This document shows, piece after piece, positions 1 to 7,647 of a DNA stretch of 64,000 nucleotides (positions within the stretch are counted from its first letter, which is position 1; each line of letters starts with the position of its first letter). The position numbers and the translations under genes are program-made. Location: IMG/VR virus record IMGVR_UViG_3300007351_000002; one strand, written 5' to 3'. The notes under the pieces were generated by a model. It saw nothing but the letters and a program-made list of their open reading frames with translations. It was not told the origin of the DNA and did not search any database. The DNA comes from a virus.

Positions 1-127
1 TGAACTGGAAAACGGTATTAATATCTACACACGGATCTCGTTGAAGACCATGCCACGAATTTGCGATTCTGGCAATTCCAGACAGCAATACGAAAAGTTT
101 GACTATAAAGAACATAGAATTTTCCTT

Positions 128-313
128 TCAAAAGCCAGCACGACGTAGAAAGTCGGCACATTCAGAACAAAAATATTCCATTGACTTTTCAGCAAAAGCA
201 AAGTTGGGATATTTGGAGAATTGGAAATCCCCTTTGTATAAAGAACACTGCCAAGGTTCGGAATCGTCGTGGGGGTATTCTATATCATCGTCGTATGGAG
301 GATATGGAAGCAT
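128..313 (-). CDS. hypothetical small protein (61 aa)
   Basis: ORF in the GC-rich island. AAGGAG (rc of 320-325) lies 6 nt upstream of the ATG. Preferred over the overlapping + ORF 99-392, which has a TTG start and no SD. Confidence 0.4.
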   Translation of the reverse strand: MLPYPPYDDDIEYPHDDSEPWQCSLYKGDFQFSKYPNFAFAEKSMEYFCSECADFLRRAGF

Positions 314-388
314 TTTTGACTCCTTATTTTTGAGGTTTATGCGTTATTTTAGTCAACAGTATGCGCATCCCACTGCAAGGAGGATCGA

Positions 389-529
389 CTAATCCTGTTC
401 CGGAATTTCGAGAAGCAATTTGGGAACATAGATTCCCCTGTTGGTGCGGACCCAATCCGGTCCCTCAGAGATGACGCGGAGAACTTCCCCCTTGAGGTAG
501 GGGCCATAATTTTCATGCATGATGTACAT
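389..529 (-). CDS. hypothetical small protein (46 aa, MYIMHENYGPYLKGEVLRV...)
   Basis: Hand-translated ORF, below the track cutoff. AAGGAG (rc of 535-540) lies 5 nt upstream of the ATG. Same strand and operon as 128-313. Confidence 0.4.
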   Translation of the reverse strand: MYIMHENYGPYLKGEVLRVISEGPDWVRTNRGIYVPKLLLEIPEQD

Positions 530-663
530 ATAGTCTCCTTTCAAGAGTTTTATGGGGAGGTTTGCGTGTTTTTGGTCGGTATGCGCAACCCACCGAATGG
601 GGGAATGGGTTTACTCGTATTTGAACATAATTTTCTATAACAAGTTGTGTATAATACTTTCGA

Positions 664-1185
664 ATGAAAGTCAAATGTACAAAGTGCAATAAAGAAGTTG
701 ATAGATATCTGTCTGTAGTGAAGAAGTCCGCGAACCATTTTTGTTCTAGGTCTTGCTCAAATTCGTATCATAATAGCACGAGACCCAAAAGAATTAAATC
801 CGGTATATGTAAATTGTGCCAGTCGCCAATTTTGTCACGTTTTTATTATTGTCAAATATGTAGAGAAAAAAGAAAATTAGAAATAAATAAAACAACAATT
901 AAACAGTATAAAGACAGAACGAAAGATATGAATCGTTATAGGTATATTCGGGAACATGCCAAAAGAAAAACAAAAAATAGGACACAGATTTGTTTTAACT
1001 GTGGTTATACCAAACATGTAGAAGTTTGTCATATTGTGGCCATAGAATCTTTTTCAGATGACACACAAATTATCATAGTAAACGACGACAAAAATTTGGT
1101 TTTGTTATGTAGGAATTGTCATTGGGAACTTGATAATGGATTACTGGGCCTGGAGGGATTCGAACCCCCGACCAAGCGATTATGA
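664..1185 (+). CDS. HNH endonuclease (free-standing, homing-type)
   Basis: N-terminal Cys-rich CxxC pairs and a C-terminal HNH motif (CHIVAIESF...NLVLLCRNCHWELDNG). AT-rich cassette inside the GC-rich island. The last 41 nt run antisense into the tRNA. Confidence 0.75.
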   Translation: MKVKCTKCNKEVDRYLSVVKKSANHFCSRSCSNSYHNSTRPKRIKSGICKLCQSPILSRFYYCQICREKRKLEINKTTIKQYKDRTKDMNRYRYIREHAKRKTKNRTQICFNCGYTKHVEVCHIVAIESFSDDTQIIIVNDDKNLVLLCRNCHWELDNGLLGLEGFEPPTKRL

Positions 1186-1217
1186 GTCGCCTGCTCTAAC
1201 CGCTGAGCTACAAGCCC
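1145..1217 (-). tRNA. tRNA with CAU anticodon (elongator Met, or Ile2 if lysidine-modified)
   Basis: Hand-folded 73-nt cloverleaf: acceptor GGGCTTG/CAGGCCC, D arm GCTC-AGCGGTTA-GAGC, anticodon arm GGCGA-CTCATAA-TCGCT, T arm GGGGG-TTCGAAT-CCCTC, discriminator A. The 1:72 pair is G:C, so it is not an initiator. No encoded CCA. Confidence 0.9.
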
Positions 1218-1223
1218 ATTCTC

Positions 1224-1664
1224 TTAATTTCTGCCATACTTGGATTTGCGGTTTCGATTTTTTGCCCGTTTCGCCTTTTCGTGTGACTTTTCACGTTCTT
1301 GACGAACGACAGGATCGAGTGATGCCAGATGAACTTCTGCTTTGGTAGCCAGTAAACATGGCATTTTTCGTGGACGAGTTGCAGTTGCCCTGGCCTTTTT
1401 CAGACCCGTTCCGTCTAACGTTTTGACGAATTTTGCGTCATCTCGTCGAGGCCTCTTGGTGGAAAATCCGAAATTGCCATCCCCAGCTTTCATTGAAAGA
1501 GGATCGGTCTTTCTTGCTTTTCGCACACCGACGGCGCGAATTGTGTACTCTCCTACAGACAATCCCCTCATGACGGCGAACTTGCGCTCATCCCCCTGAA
1601 GAACATTGAAAGGGCGCAGGCGCATATTCCTACGTTCCTCTTCTGTCAAATACGTTTTGTCCAT
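1224..1664 (-). CDS. hypothetical basic protein (146 aa, Lys/Arg-rich C-terminus)
   Basis: AGGAG (rc of 1671-1675) lies 6 nt upstream of the ATG. Translationally coupled to the upstream 51-aa ORF. The overlapping + ORFs lack an SD. Confidence 0.55.
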   Translation of the reverse strand: MDKTYLTEEERRNMRLRPFNVLQGDERKFAVMRGLSVGEYTIRAVGVRKARKTDPLSMKAGDGNFGFSTKRPRRDDAKFVKTLDGTGLKKARATATRPRKMPCLLATKAEVHLASLDPVVRQEREKSHEKAKRAKNRNRKSKYGRN

Positions 1665-1673
1665 ACCAATCTC

Positions 1674-1829
1674 CTAAATTCTGTGTCTAATAACTTCGTA
1701 GACTTCAGAGTTTTCGAGTTTCTTCGCCCGCTCTTGGGCTTTGTCTTCTTCATCGGATCTGAAAACGGTGTCGAGGGCATATCTACCGTCTTTCATAACT
1801 TCCCACACTTCGATTTCTCTTTCTATCAT
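1674..1829 (-). CDS. hypothetical small protein (51 aa, MIEREIEVWEVMKDGRYALD...)
   Basis: Hand-translated ORF. AAGGAG (rc of 1836-1841) lies 6 nt upstream. Its stop overlaps the SD of the next gene. Confidence 0.45.
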   Translation of the reverse strand: MIEREIEVWEVMKDGRYALDTVFRSDEEDKAQERAKKLENSEVYEVIRHRI

Positions 1830-1846
1830 ATAACTCTCCTTTCAAT

Positions 1847-1948
1847 AACCTATTTCGGGAGTCGAACCCGAACCTTCGCCGCTTATAAAAACAAACTTTC
1901 GTTTGTCTACAGAGGCAAGCGATATGCCCAACTTCACACCTCACAGGT
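1847..1948 (-). ncRNA. tRNA-like element with an expanded anticodon arm (degenerate or insert-containing tRNA, or a tRNA-like ncRNA)
   Basis: Canonical T arm TCGGG-TTCGACT-CCCGA. Acceptor ACCTGTG/AATAGGT pairs at 6 of 7 positions. D arm TGTG-AAGTTGGG-CATA. The 5-bp stem CGCTT/AAGCG encloses 32 nt, including an ACAAAC-GAAA-GTTTGT hairpin, where a 7-nt loop is expected. Confidence 0.3.
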
Positions 1949-3021
1949 TAAGCGCTATTTTAGGGCGCTACTCTAGAACTATGGCACTAACGATCCCTTT
2001 TGCTGGACCGAATAGTGTCAATATCAAGGTTCATTAAAGACAGAGCATCCCGAAAGATAAACATGACTTGAGCATAGCAAGCCGAAACACACAAAGCGAA
2101 TCCATAAAACTATCGGACTCGCAGTGCGAACTCGGACCATATCTATCTTTGCTGTCCCGCGCTACATTTATCGTACCAGCACTTCAAGACCCAATAACCA
2201 CCAGGATTATTGAACCTTGACGCCGCATCCCCAGCCCATAATAACCAATTCCGCTATCGAAGAATAACGACCAAGCTACGACTGATAAGATCGTAGCCGA
2301 CCCGATAAGAACATTCCTCGAATTGTGGCGCAATAGTTTAATTGTGGACTATTGGAGATGGAATATCACTCGCGCGATTTTCGGCCCGACTAGAGACAAA
2401 TAAGGTCGCATAATAACCGTGGAACTACCGACGAATCGGCGTTTAGCCACATTATGCAACCATCATTATGACTCTCAGATTATAAGACTTCCTTACACTC
2501 TTTCCCGATTAGGTTTTTTCTTGATTACATTCTTGACTCCCTATCAAGGCGCTATCCAAGACGTAACCAAGACCGATAATCGGTATTAGCGCACTTCGTC
2601 CCATAATCAAAGACGGTCGATAACCTAACGTACTGATAGGCATGAAGTGGGACTTCAGACCGATAACCTTGACTGACCCTCAGACCCTGAGCGCGATCCC
2701 CGCGCCCAACCAGACCCTACATACGGATCAGGAGCATTATTGGACCTACCCTCTCTTCAGCGGTCAGCCCGATAACTAATCGGACACCCGCTACTCGGAC
2801 GTTGAGCCCTTCCAGACACCGACAGGGACTAGCTTATGGTAGCCCTATAATTCCAGAAGTTATCTGGACTCTCGATGTAAGGCGAGACACGTCCTATAAC
2901 CCAGAGGTTTAGGCATACGTACCTATCCAATATAGGACGCATCTCGGCTGACACCGATAAGGAGATAACGGTTATTCAAGCGATACCGTAAAACGCTATA
3001 AGACTAAGCGCCATGATCGGA

Positions 3022-3336
3022 CTACGCGATCTTCGCAAACTTCGACCGAATACTCGCGGTCGATGCACGCTGTCCGAGAACCGCCAACGCGATGGTAGCC
3101 GCGTTATCGGAACCGAAATCGAGATTCGACGGAGGGGTATAACCCTCGCCGTGCGCGGCCAGCAACTTGAGACTGTCGATGACCTCTTGCGCGTCCAACA
3201 TCGCCTGTTGAGGATTCTTGACCGACAGGATAGCCTCGACGAACTTCCTGTTCGCCTTGTACCGAGGGCCTGTCCGCAAGAACAACTCCTGGACGTTGAC
3301 CGATCCCGACTTCGGCTGGGTGGTGGTGGTGCTCAT
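3022..3336 (-). CDS. hypothetical protein (104 aa)
   Basis: AGGAG (rc of 3343-3347) lies 6 nt upstream of the ATG. GC-rich. Two overlapping + ORFs lack an SD. Confidence 0.55.
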   Translation of the reverse strand: MSTTTTQPKSGSVNVQELFLRTGPRYKANRKFVEAILSVKNPQQAMLDAQEVIDSLKLLAAHGEGYTPPSNLDFGSDNAATIALAVLGQRASTASIRSKFAKIA

Positions 3337-4038
3337 AGGAGACTCCTATAGTAGAACCTACACCATCCCGACCACAGGACCATCCTATAATCAGGATGGC
3401 GCTTGCAAGTCGTTATGTCTGATAACTTCCGCCTTTACGGGTATCGCATTGCACGATAGGATACCTTGAATTGACTATCTAAGTATACTGCGCTTTTCGC
3501 GGGAAGTCAAGCGATTTTTTCGCTTTTTTCTTTTTTTCCCCGCGATACACTGATTCTAGGCGCGTATCAAGGTGAAGTCAACCTATTGACCAAGTTTTTT
3601 TTATTATTGGTATCATCCTATAATATTAGATCTGGTTGTGATTAAAATAAGATATTATTGGCATTGTCCTATAAAAACAAAGTCCTATAGTAATTTTCTT
3701 TTTGGTCCGGTAATAATAAAAAGTGCGCAGGGTTCGCCCGCTCGCAGTGCCTTATCGGAACCTGCCCGCGTCGTCCTACTTTTTTGATTGTCTGATATAT
3801 TCTATGATAGAAAACCAGGATTGTCAAGCCCTATAATAAAAATTTTTTCACGTCCTATAAACTCAATAATTCAACGTCCGATAACCGCAGTGCTGTAGTG
3901 TGTAAAATTATCGGACGTTTTTCAGTCCGATAATTCTTCATGTTATCGGCAGTGCCTGGTCCGATAATGTGTCGCCGGCGCAAAAATTATAGGACGAAGG
4001 CAGCGCTTCCCTCCGTCCCATAATCTTTTTGTTATCGG

Positions 4039-4359
4039 CTATTCCCAGGATTGTCTGATAACCTCAGCCGCTCGAACGTCCGAATTTGGCATTTTTCTTG
4101 CCGCGATTTTATCGGAATCCTGCTCGTCAGCGTCCGAAAACGTGATCCCACCCAACCAACCGTCCGATAAAAGAGTCTCTTTCAATCTCTCTACCGCTCT
4201 TGTATCGGACATTGCCATCGCCGTAGTCCCATAAAACCTATGGTGGAATGGTCCGATAATGGTTGCAACCCACATTTTACCGGACCTGCTCAAGCCATAC
4301 TTCAATGTTGACCGTTTTTTCAATTTGTTCATCATAGCTTGACGGAAAGAAAGGGCCAT
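4039..4359 (-). CDS. hypothetical protein (106 aa)
   Basis: AAGGAGG (rc of 4366-4372) lies 6 nt upstream of the ATG. Contains several copies of the island motif in different frames. Confidence 0.55.
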   Translation of the reverse strand: MALSFRQAMMNKLKKRSTLKYGLSRSGKMWVATIIGPFHHRFYGTTAMAMSDTRAVERLKETLLSDGWLGGITFSDADEQDSDKIAARKMPNSDVRAAEVIRQSWE

Positions 4360-4422
4360 AACTAACCTCCTTATAAGACGTACCCCAGTTTAGTTACCGG
4401 AACGCCCGATAACTTTGTCTCG

Positions 4423-4728
4423 TTACCTTCCGAGAAAGTCCAATAAAACCATCATTTCGTCGAGGTTCGATAACTTGTCATTGTCCCATCGCGTCCGATA
4501 ATCGCCGTCAAGTGTCTCTTCAATTATCATACCATCATGGTAGACTTTGGTTATCGTACCGTCATCGTTATAAGACGCACACACGAACACGTCCGATATA
4601 TTGATTATCGTTGTATGGCCCGATAAGTCACAGAACCCCAACACCTCATTATCGGACACAACCTGCAAGACCCGATAACTGTCTGTACTGCCGAAGAGTC
4701 CCATAACGTCTCCCTCTTTAACCAGCAT
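4423..4728 (-). CDS. hypothetical protein (101 aa)
   Basis: ORF with a purine-rich AAAGGGG stretch about 8 nt upstream. Same operon orientation as 4039-4359. Confidence 0.5.
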   Translation of the reverse strand: MLVKEGDVMGLFGSTDSYRVLQVVSDNEVLGFCDLSGHTTIINISDVFVCASYNDDGTITKVYHDGMIIEETLDGDYRTRWDNDKLSNLDEMMVLLDFLGR

Positions 4729-4740
4729 TGAAGCACCCCT

Positions 4741-4818
4741 TTAGTCCGATAGTATCCACCATAATTGGGCGGCTCCGATAACCACCATGAGGATACTTAG
4801 TCCGATAAGTGCGATCAT
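4741..4818 (-). CDS. possible 25-aa hydrophobic peptide (MIALIGLSILMVVIGAAQLWWILSD)
   Basis: Hand-translated. GGAG lies 8 nt upstream. Three motif copies lie inside it, so the open frame could be incidental. Confidence 0.25.
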   Translation of the reverse strand: MIALIGLSILMVVIGAAQLWWILSD

Positions 4819-4828
4819 CCGATAACTC

Positions 4829-4960
4829 CTATCGTCGGCTTCGTCCGATATGTTTGCGGCCATAGCTATTTCCAGCGACCGATAATGCGTTATTAAACAT
4901 TGCGATTGCGAGCCCGATAATCACCAAAGCACCGATTGTCAAGGTCGTTTCCATTTTCAT
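4829..4960 (-). CDS. small single-pass membrane protein (about 41-43 aa, METTLTIGALVIIGLAIAMF...)
   Basis: Internal ATGs at 4960 and 4954 follow GGGAG (rc of 4964-4968). Hydrophobic helix followed by a basic tail. The track ORF start at 5014 has no SD. Confidence 0.4.
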   Translation of the reverse strand: MKMETTLTIGALVIIGLAIAMFNNALSVAGNSYGRKHIGRSRR

Positions 4961-5455
4961 TATCTCCCATTTGATACCCAAAGTATAGGATAGGTCGGAT
5001 GGAAAAGCAAACAAAAAAGAAAAATATTTTATTAGTCCTATAAGTAATGCCAGGTTGCGTATGTATGGTCTGATAAGTTATGGTCCGATAGCCTTTGGCG
5101 TCAAGCCAAAGAATAGTCCTATAATTAGTTAAAGTGTTAATGTAATGTGTTAGTCCGATAAATGGATATGGTTATAAGATCATTGAAAGTCCGATAAGGG
5201 TATGGCGGTTTTATACCGATAATGTTTTAGTTATAGGACCGTCCGAAAAACGCTGGGGGTTAACGCGCACCAAGACTCTAAAATGCATCCGAAGTTGGAA
5301 TCAAAGAATACTGATCTTGGGCGTCATGCATCGTTCCGCTTTGCGGAACAAACGTATGGGGTGCCGGTATTTTATAAACGAAAAAATGAAGTGCTTGCTG
5401 ATCTATAAAATGTTACCAAAAAAATCTGGTACTTAATGTATATTTAATTAACAAA

Positions 5456-5465
5456 TGGGTATAAT
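5456..5465 (+). promoter_or_regulatory. candidate -10 element TGGGTATAAT
   Basis: TATAAT at 5460-5465, about 50 nt upstream of the strong SD and ATG of 5515. The identical 10-mer recurs at 47135-47144 ahead of the lipoprotein moron. Confidence 0.4.
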
Positions 5466-5514
5466 AGAATAGTCGGATTTGTTTTAAGTAAACAACTTTT
5501 AAAGGAGAAAAATT

Positions 5515-5904
5515 ATGGGTTTTGGTCCAGTAACGTTCGCAACAGCACAAAGCGTAGATGAGGTAGCTCCGGGTTCGCCAGCTTTTAATAGCGTAACACA
5601 ACCGCCCGGTCAAGATGAAAAGTACGTATGCTCCCTTACACTTCCTACGACAGATTCTGACGGTACATCACTAACCGGACTAACAAAGCTTGCCGTATTT
5701 ACTACCGTTAAAGAGGGCGATGTAAATCCATATGAAGGTCTTTCTATGGATCAAATTATAGCTCTAAATAACGAACAAAATGGTGTAATTCTAACCCTTG
5801 ATCTTACGGTGAACACACCGGGATCGGTCGTTGAAGTAGAACTACCAATTGTACTACTTGGTTCAACACAACAGTTTGCTGCTGCTTGTTCGGATGAAGC
5901 ATAA
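5515..5904 (+). CDS. hypothetical protein (129 aa), possible Ig/FN3-like beta-sandwich; moron-like unit
   Basis: Strong SD (AAAGGAG), its own -10 element and a strong terminator. GC is higher than in the neighbouring early genes. The fold assignment is only an impression from the sequence pattern. Confidence 0.6.
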   Translation: MGFGPVTFATAQSVDEVAPGSPAFNSVTQPPGQDEKYVCSLTLPTTDSDGTSLTGLTKLAVFTTVKEGDVNPYEGLSMDQIIALNNEQNGVILTLDLTVNTPGSVVEVELPIVLLGSTQQFAAACSDEA

Positions 5905-6103
5905 TGTATAGTAGAACTTCAATGACAACAGCAACATCTAGACCCAAAAGCGGTTTATTAGGTAAGATTTACAGTCTATTAGTAATTTTTGAAAGGATCG
6001 TGATCTTTCTAGCAAATCTCAGAAAGAAGTTCAGTTGTTACTGTAAATGTGCGTACATTCGCATGTTCATGTAACAATCACCCATAAGAACTTTACTGTC
6101 AAG

Positions 6104-6141
6104 CCCCGCTCCTCGAAAAGAGCGGGGTTTGTCTTTTTTTT
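6104..6141 (+). terminator. rho-independent terminator
   Basis: CCCCGCTC / GAGCGGGG 8-bp GC stem followed by TTTGTCTTTTTTTT. Confidence 0.8.
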
Positions 6142-6183
6142 GAATTTAAAGAACAAATCGGTCAAAATCGCGTATAATATTAT

Positions 6184-6384
6184 ATGAGAATCAAAAAAAT
6201 GAACGCCAACGAATACGACACCCTTAAAGAGATGGTCTTTAAATATGGTCCAGAAGTAGTGATGGGCGTTGTGTTAGATTCTATAGGAATTATTTTACAA
6301 ACAACAGCATATAAAAAGAAATGGAATTCTATTTATAAAGTTATAAGAAAAAGTATAAATAAGATTGTTAAATATGAAATATAA
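6184..6384 (+). CDS. hypothetical early protein (66 aa)
   Basis: ORF. TATAAT at 6173-6178 lies only 5 nt before the ATG and there is no SD, so this is a possible leaderless transcript. Confidence 0.45.
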   Translation: MRIKKMNANEYDTLKEMVFKYGPEVVMGVVLDSIGIILQTTAYKKKWNSIYKVIRKSINKIVKYEI

Positions 6385-6542
6385 AAGATTTATTACATCT
6401 ATTTTATGTTGGATAGGAATTCATGGAGAATCTAGGCTTGTAAGTATATTTAATTTGTCTAATAAAGGGCGTTTTAGATGTTCCATATGTAAAAGGATTT
6501 TTAAGAGAAAATTATATTTAAAATAAAAGGAAGTATAAAATT

Positions 6543-6749
6543 ATGATGTTCAAAATTTATAAAGATCCAAATGGCGGGATGTATTATTTGGGAGAAGAAA
6601 ATGATACAGCTATAGGTCTCGCCGGATTACCAACCGTAAACGATACATTGGTCCAAATAGGTATGGAAATAAAACGCCGCGATATCAAAATCGCAACCAT
6701 TTATTTAGAAGGAGAAATACTCACAAAATTAGAATGGTTGGATAGATAA
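6543..6749 (+). CDS. hypothetical protein (68 aa)
   Basis: ORF with an AAGGAAG SD upstream. Confidence 0.5.
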   Translation: MMFKIYKDPNGGMYYLGEENDTAIGLAGLPTVNDTLVQIGMEIKRRDIKIATIYLEGEILTKLEWLDR

Positions 6750-7015
6750 GTCATATGCTCAAACGCACAATAATACTAGGCTGTCTTGCTTTAGCAACCG
6801 TAGGTTGCGAAATTATATCCCGTTTTCGTTCCGGCTAAGAAAATAAATTAATGACAGACAATAAGAAAAGTTTATTTTTAATATTGTTTATTGTATTAAT
6901 AGGCGTTTTATCTATTTTTGATCAAGCAAAAAGAAGTAGAAAAATAGATGCAGAATTAATTAAATTAGAATTAAACTGTAAAGAATTAGAAAAACTTGTG
7001 AAGGGTTTAAAGTAA

Positions 7016-7417
7016 ATGAAACTTAATTTAGGTCCGTTTAATAGGTGTGTAGATTATCTTCCAACACACATTGGCCAATTTGATTATACAAGAGCGAAAA
7101 AATGTTTTATGGTCAATTATGATTTTACAAATCTACAGGGTATACATTTGATTGAACAGGAACCAAATCCAGATGGCATTATCACATGTCAAATGTTTGC
7201 ATCTGCATCAACAGATATGAAATCAGAAGAAAATCTCAAATCAAAACTAGAACTTAGAATAATAAATCTTATATTGGATGCTCATCGTATCTTAAACAAA
7301 GAGGTAAATTTAGAAAAAATACAAATTCCATTTAGTCAAGATATAGAAATAAAAGAAGATAAAATAGGTGGAGGATTTTATGGTTGGTGCGAATTAGGAA
7401 TACTAATAGATAATTAG
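7016..7417 (+). CDS. hypothetical protein (133 aa)
   Basis: ORF in the co-oriented early block, with a weak GAAGGG SD. Confidence 0.5.
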   Translation: MKLNLGPFNRCVDYLPTHIGQFDYTRAKKCFMVNYDFTNLQGIHLIEQEPNPDGIITCQMFASASTDMKSEENLKSKLELRIINLILDAHRILNKEVNLEKIQIPFSQDIEIKEDKIGGGFYGWCELGILIDN

Positions 7418-7446
7418 CTTGTCTGGAAATTATATTAGGAGTAATA

Positions 7447-7647
7447 ATGATACACTGTTGGGATAATAAACCTCTGCGAGACTTGGAATATATTATAGAC
7501 TTGTTTGAATTTTATTTAACAGAACATTATAGATGTGTATTTTGCCATGAACAAAAATTCGATGGTGGACGGTTGCAACACAAGGAATCTTGCCAAATAA
7601 CTAAAGCTAGAAATATTATTTCGAGTTTAGAGTGCGGGGATGATTAA
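7447..7647 (+). CDS. hypothetical protein (66 aa)
   Basis: ORF with an AGGAG SD. Stop/start overlap (TAATG) with the next gene. Confidence 0.5.
   Translation: MIHCWDNKPLRDLEYIIDLFEFYLTEHYRCVFCHEQKFDGGRLQHKESCQITKARNIISSLECGDD

Larger units (their letters stand above)
2005..5250. repeat. dense dispersed array of the motif GTCCGATAA(C/T) and close variants, in both orientations
   Basis: Exact GTCCGATAA at 3876, 3925, 3959, 4162, 4251, 4493, 4800, 5153 and 5189. Exact complement at 3908 and 4649. More than 50 variants with 1-2 mismatches (GTCCTATAA, GTCCCATAA, GTCTGATAA, GNCCGATAA). Roughly one copy per 20-50 bp. Confidence 0.85.

Noticed and set aside
1145-1948. The tRNA plus a partial tRNA-like sequence as attL/attR of an integrated element or prophage junction.
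   Set aside because: No integrase or recombinase gene is in the window. The tRNA-like element is not a duplicate of the 3' half of the tRNA-Met gene; its T arm and acceptor sequences differ. I found no flanking direct repeat. The composition break may still reflect horizontal acquisition, so that is reported separately.
99-3469. Plus-strand ORFs in the GC-rich island (99-392, 1130-1348, 1342-1599, 1683-1976, 3013-3351, 3218-3469) and the minus ORF 550-738.
   Set aside because: GC-rich DNA yields long open frames on both strands. None of these has a Shine-Dalgarno site or a plausible ATG context. The overlapping minus-strand ORFs each have AAGGAG-type sites at the correct spacing. ORF 1130-1348 also runs through the tRNA.
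2005-5250. The motif as DnaA boxes (TTATCGGAC shares TTATC with TTATCCACA) or as T7/SP6-type single-subunit RNA polymerase promoters (CCTATAGT at 3345 and 3684).
   Set aside because: The 3' half (GGAC) is consistently different from CACA in essentially all copies. Only two copies contain CTATAG. The density and two-orientation layout do not fit promoters. No single-subunit RNA polymerase gene is present in the window.
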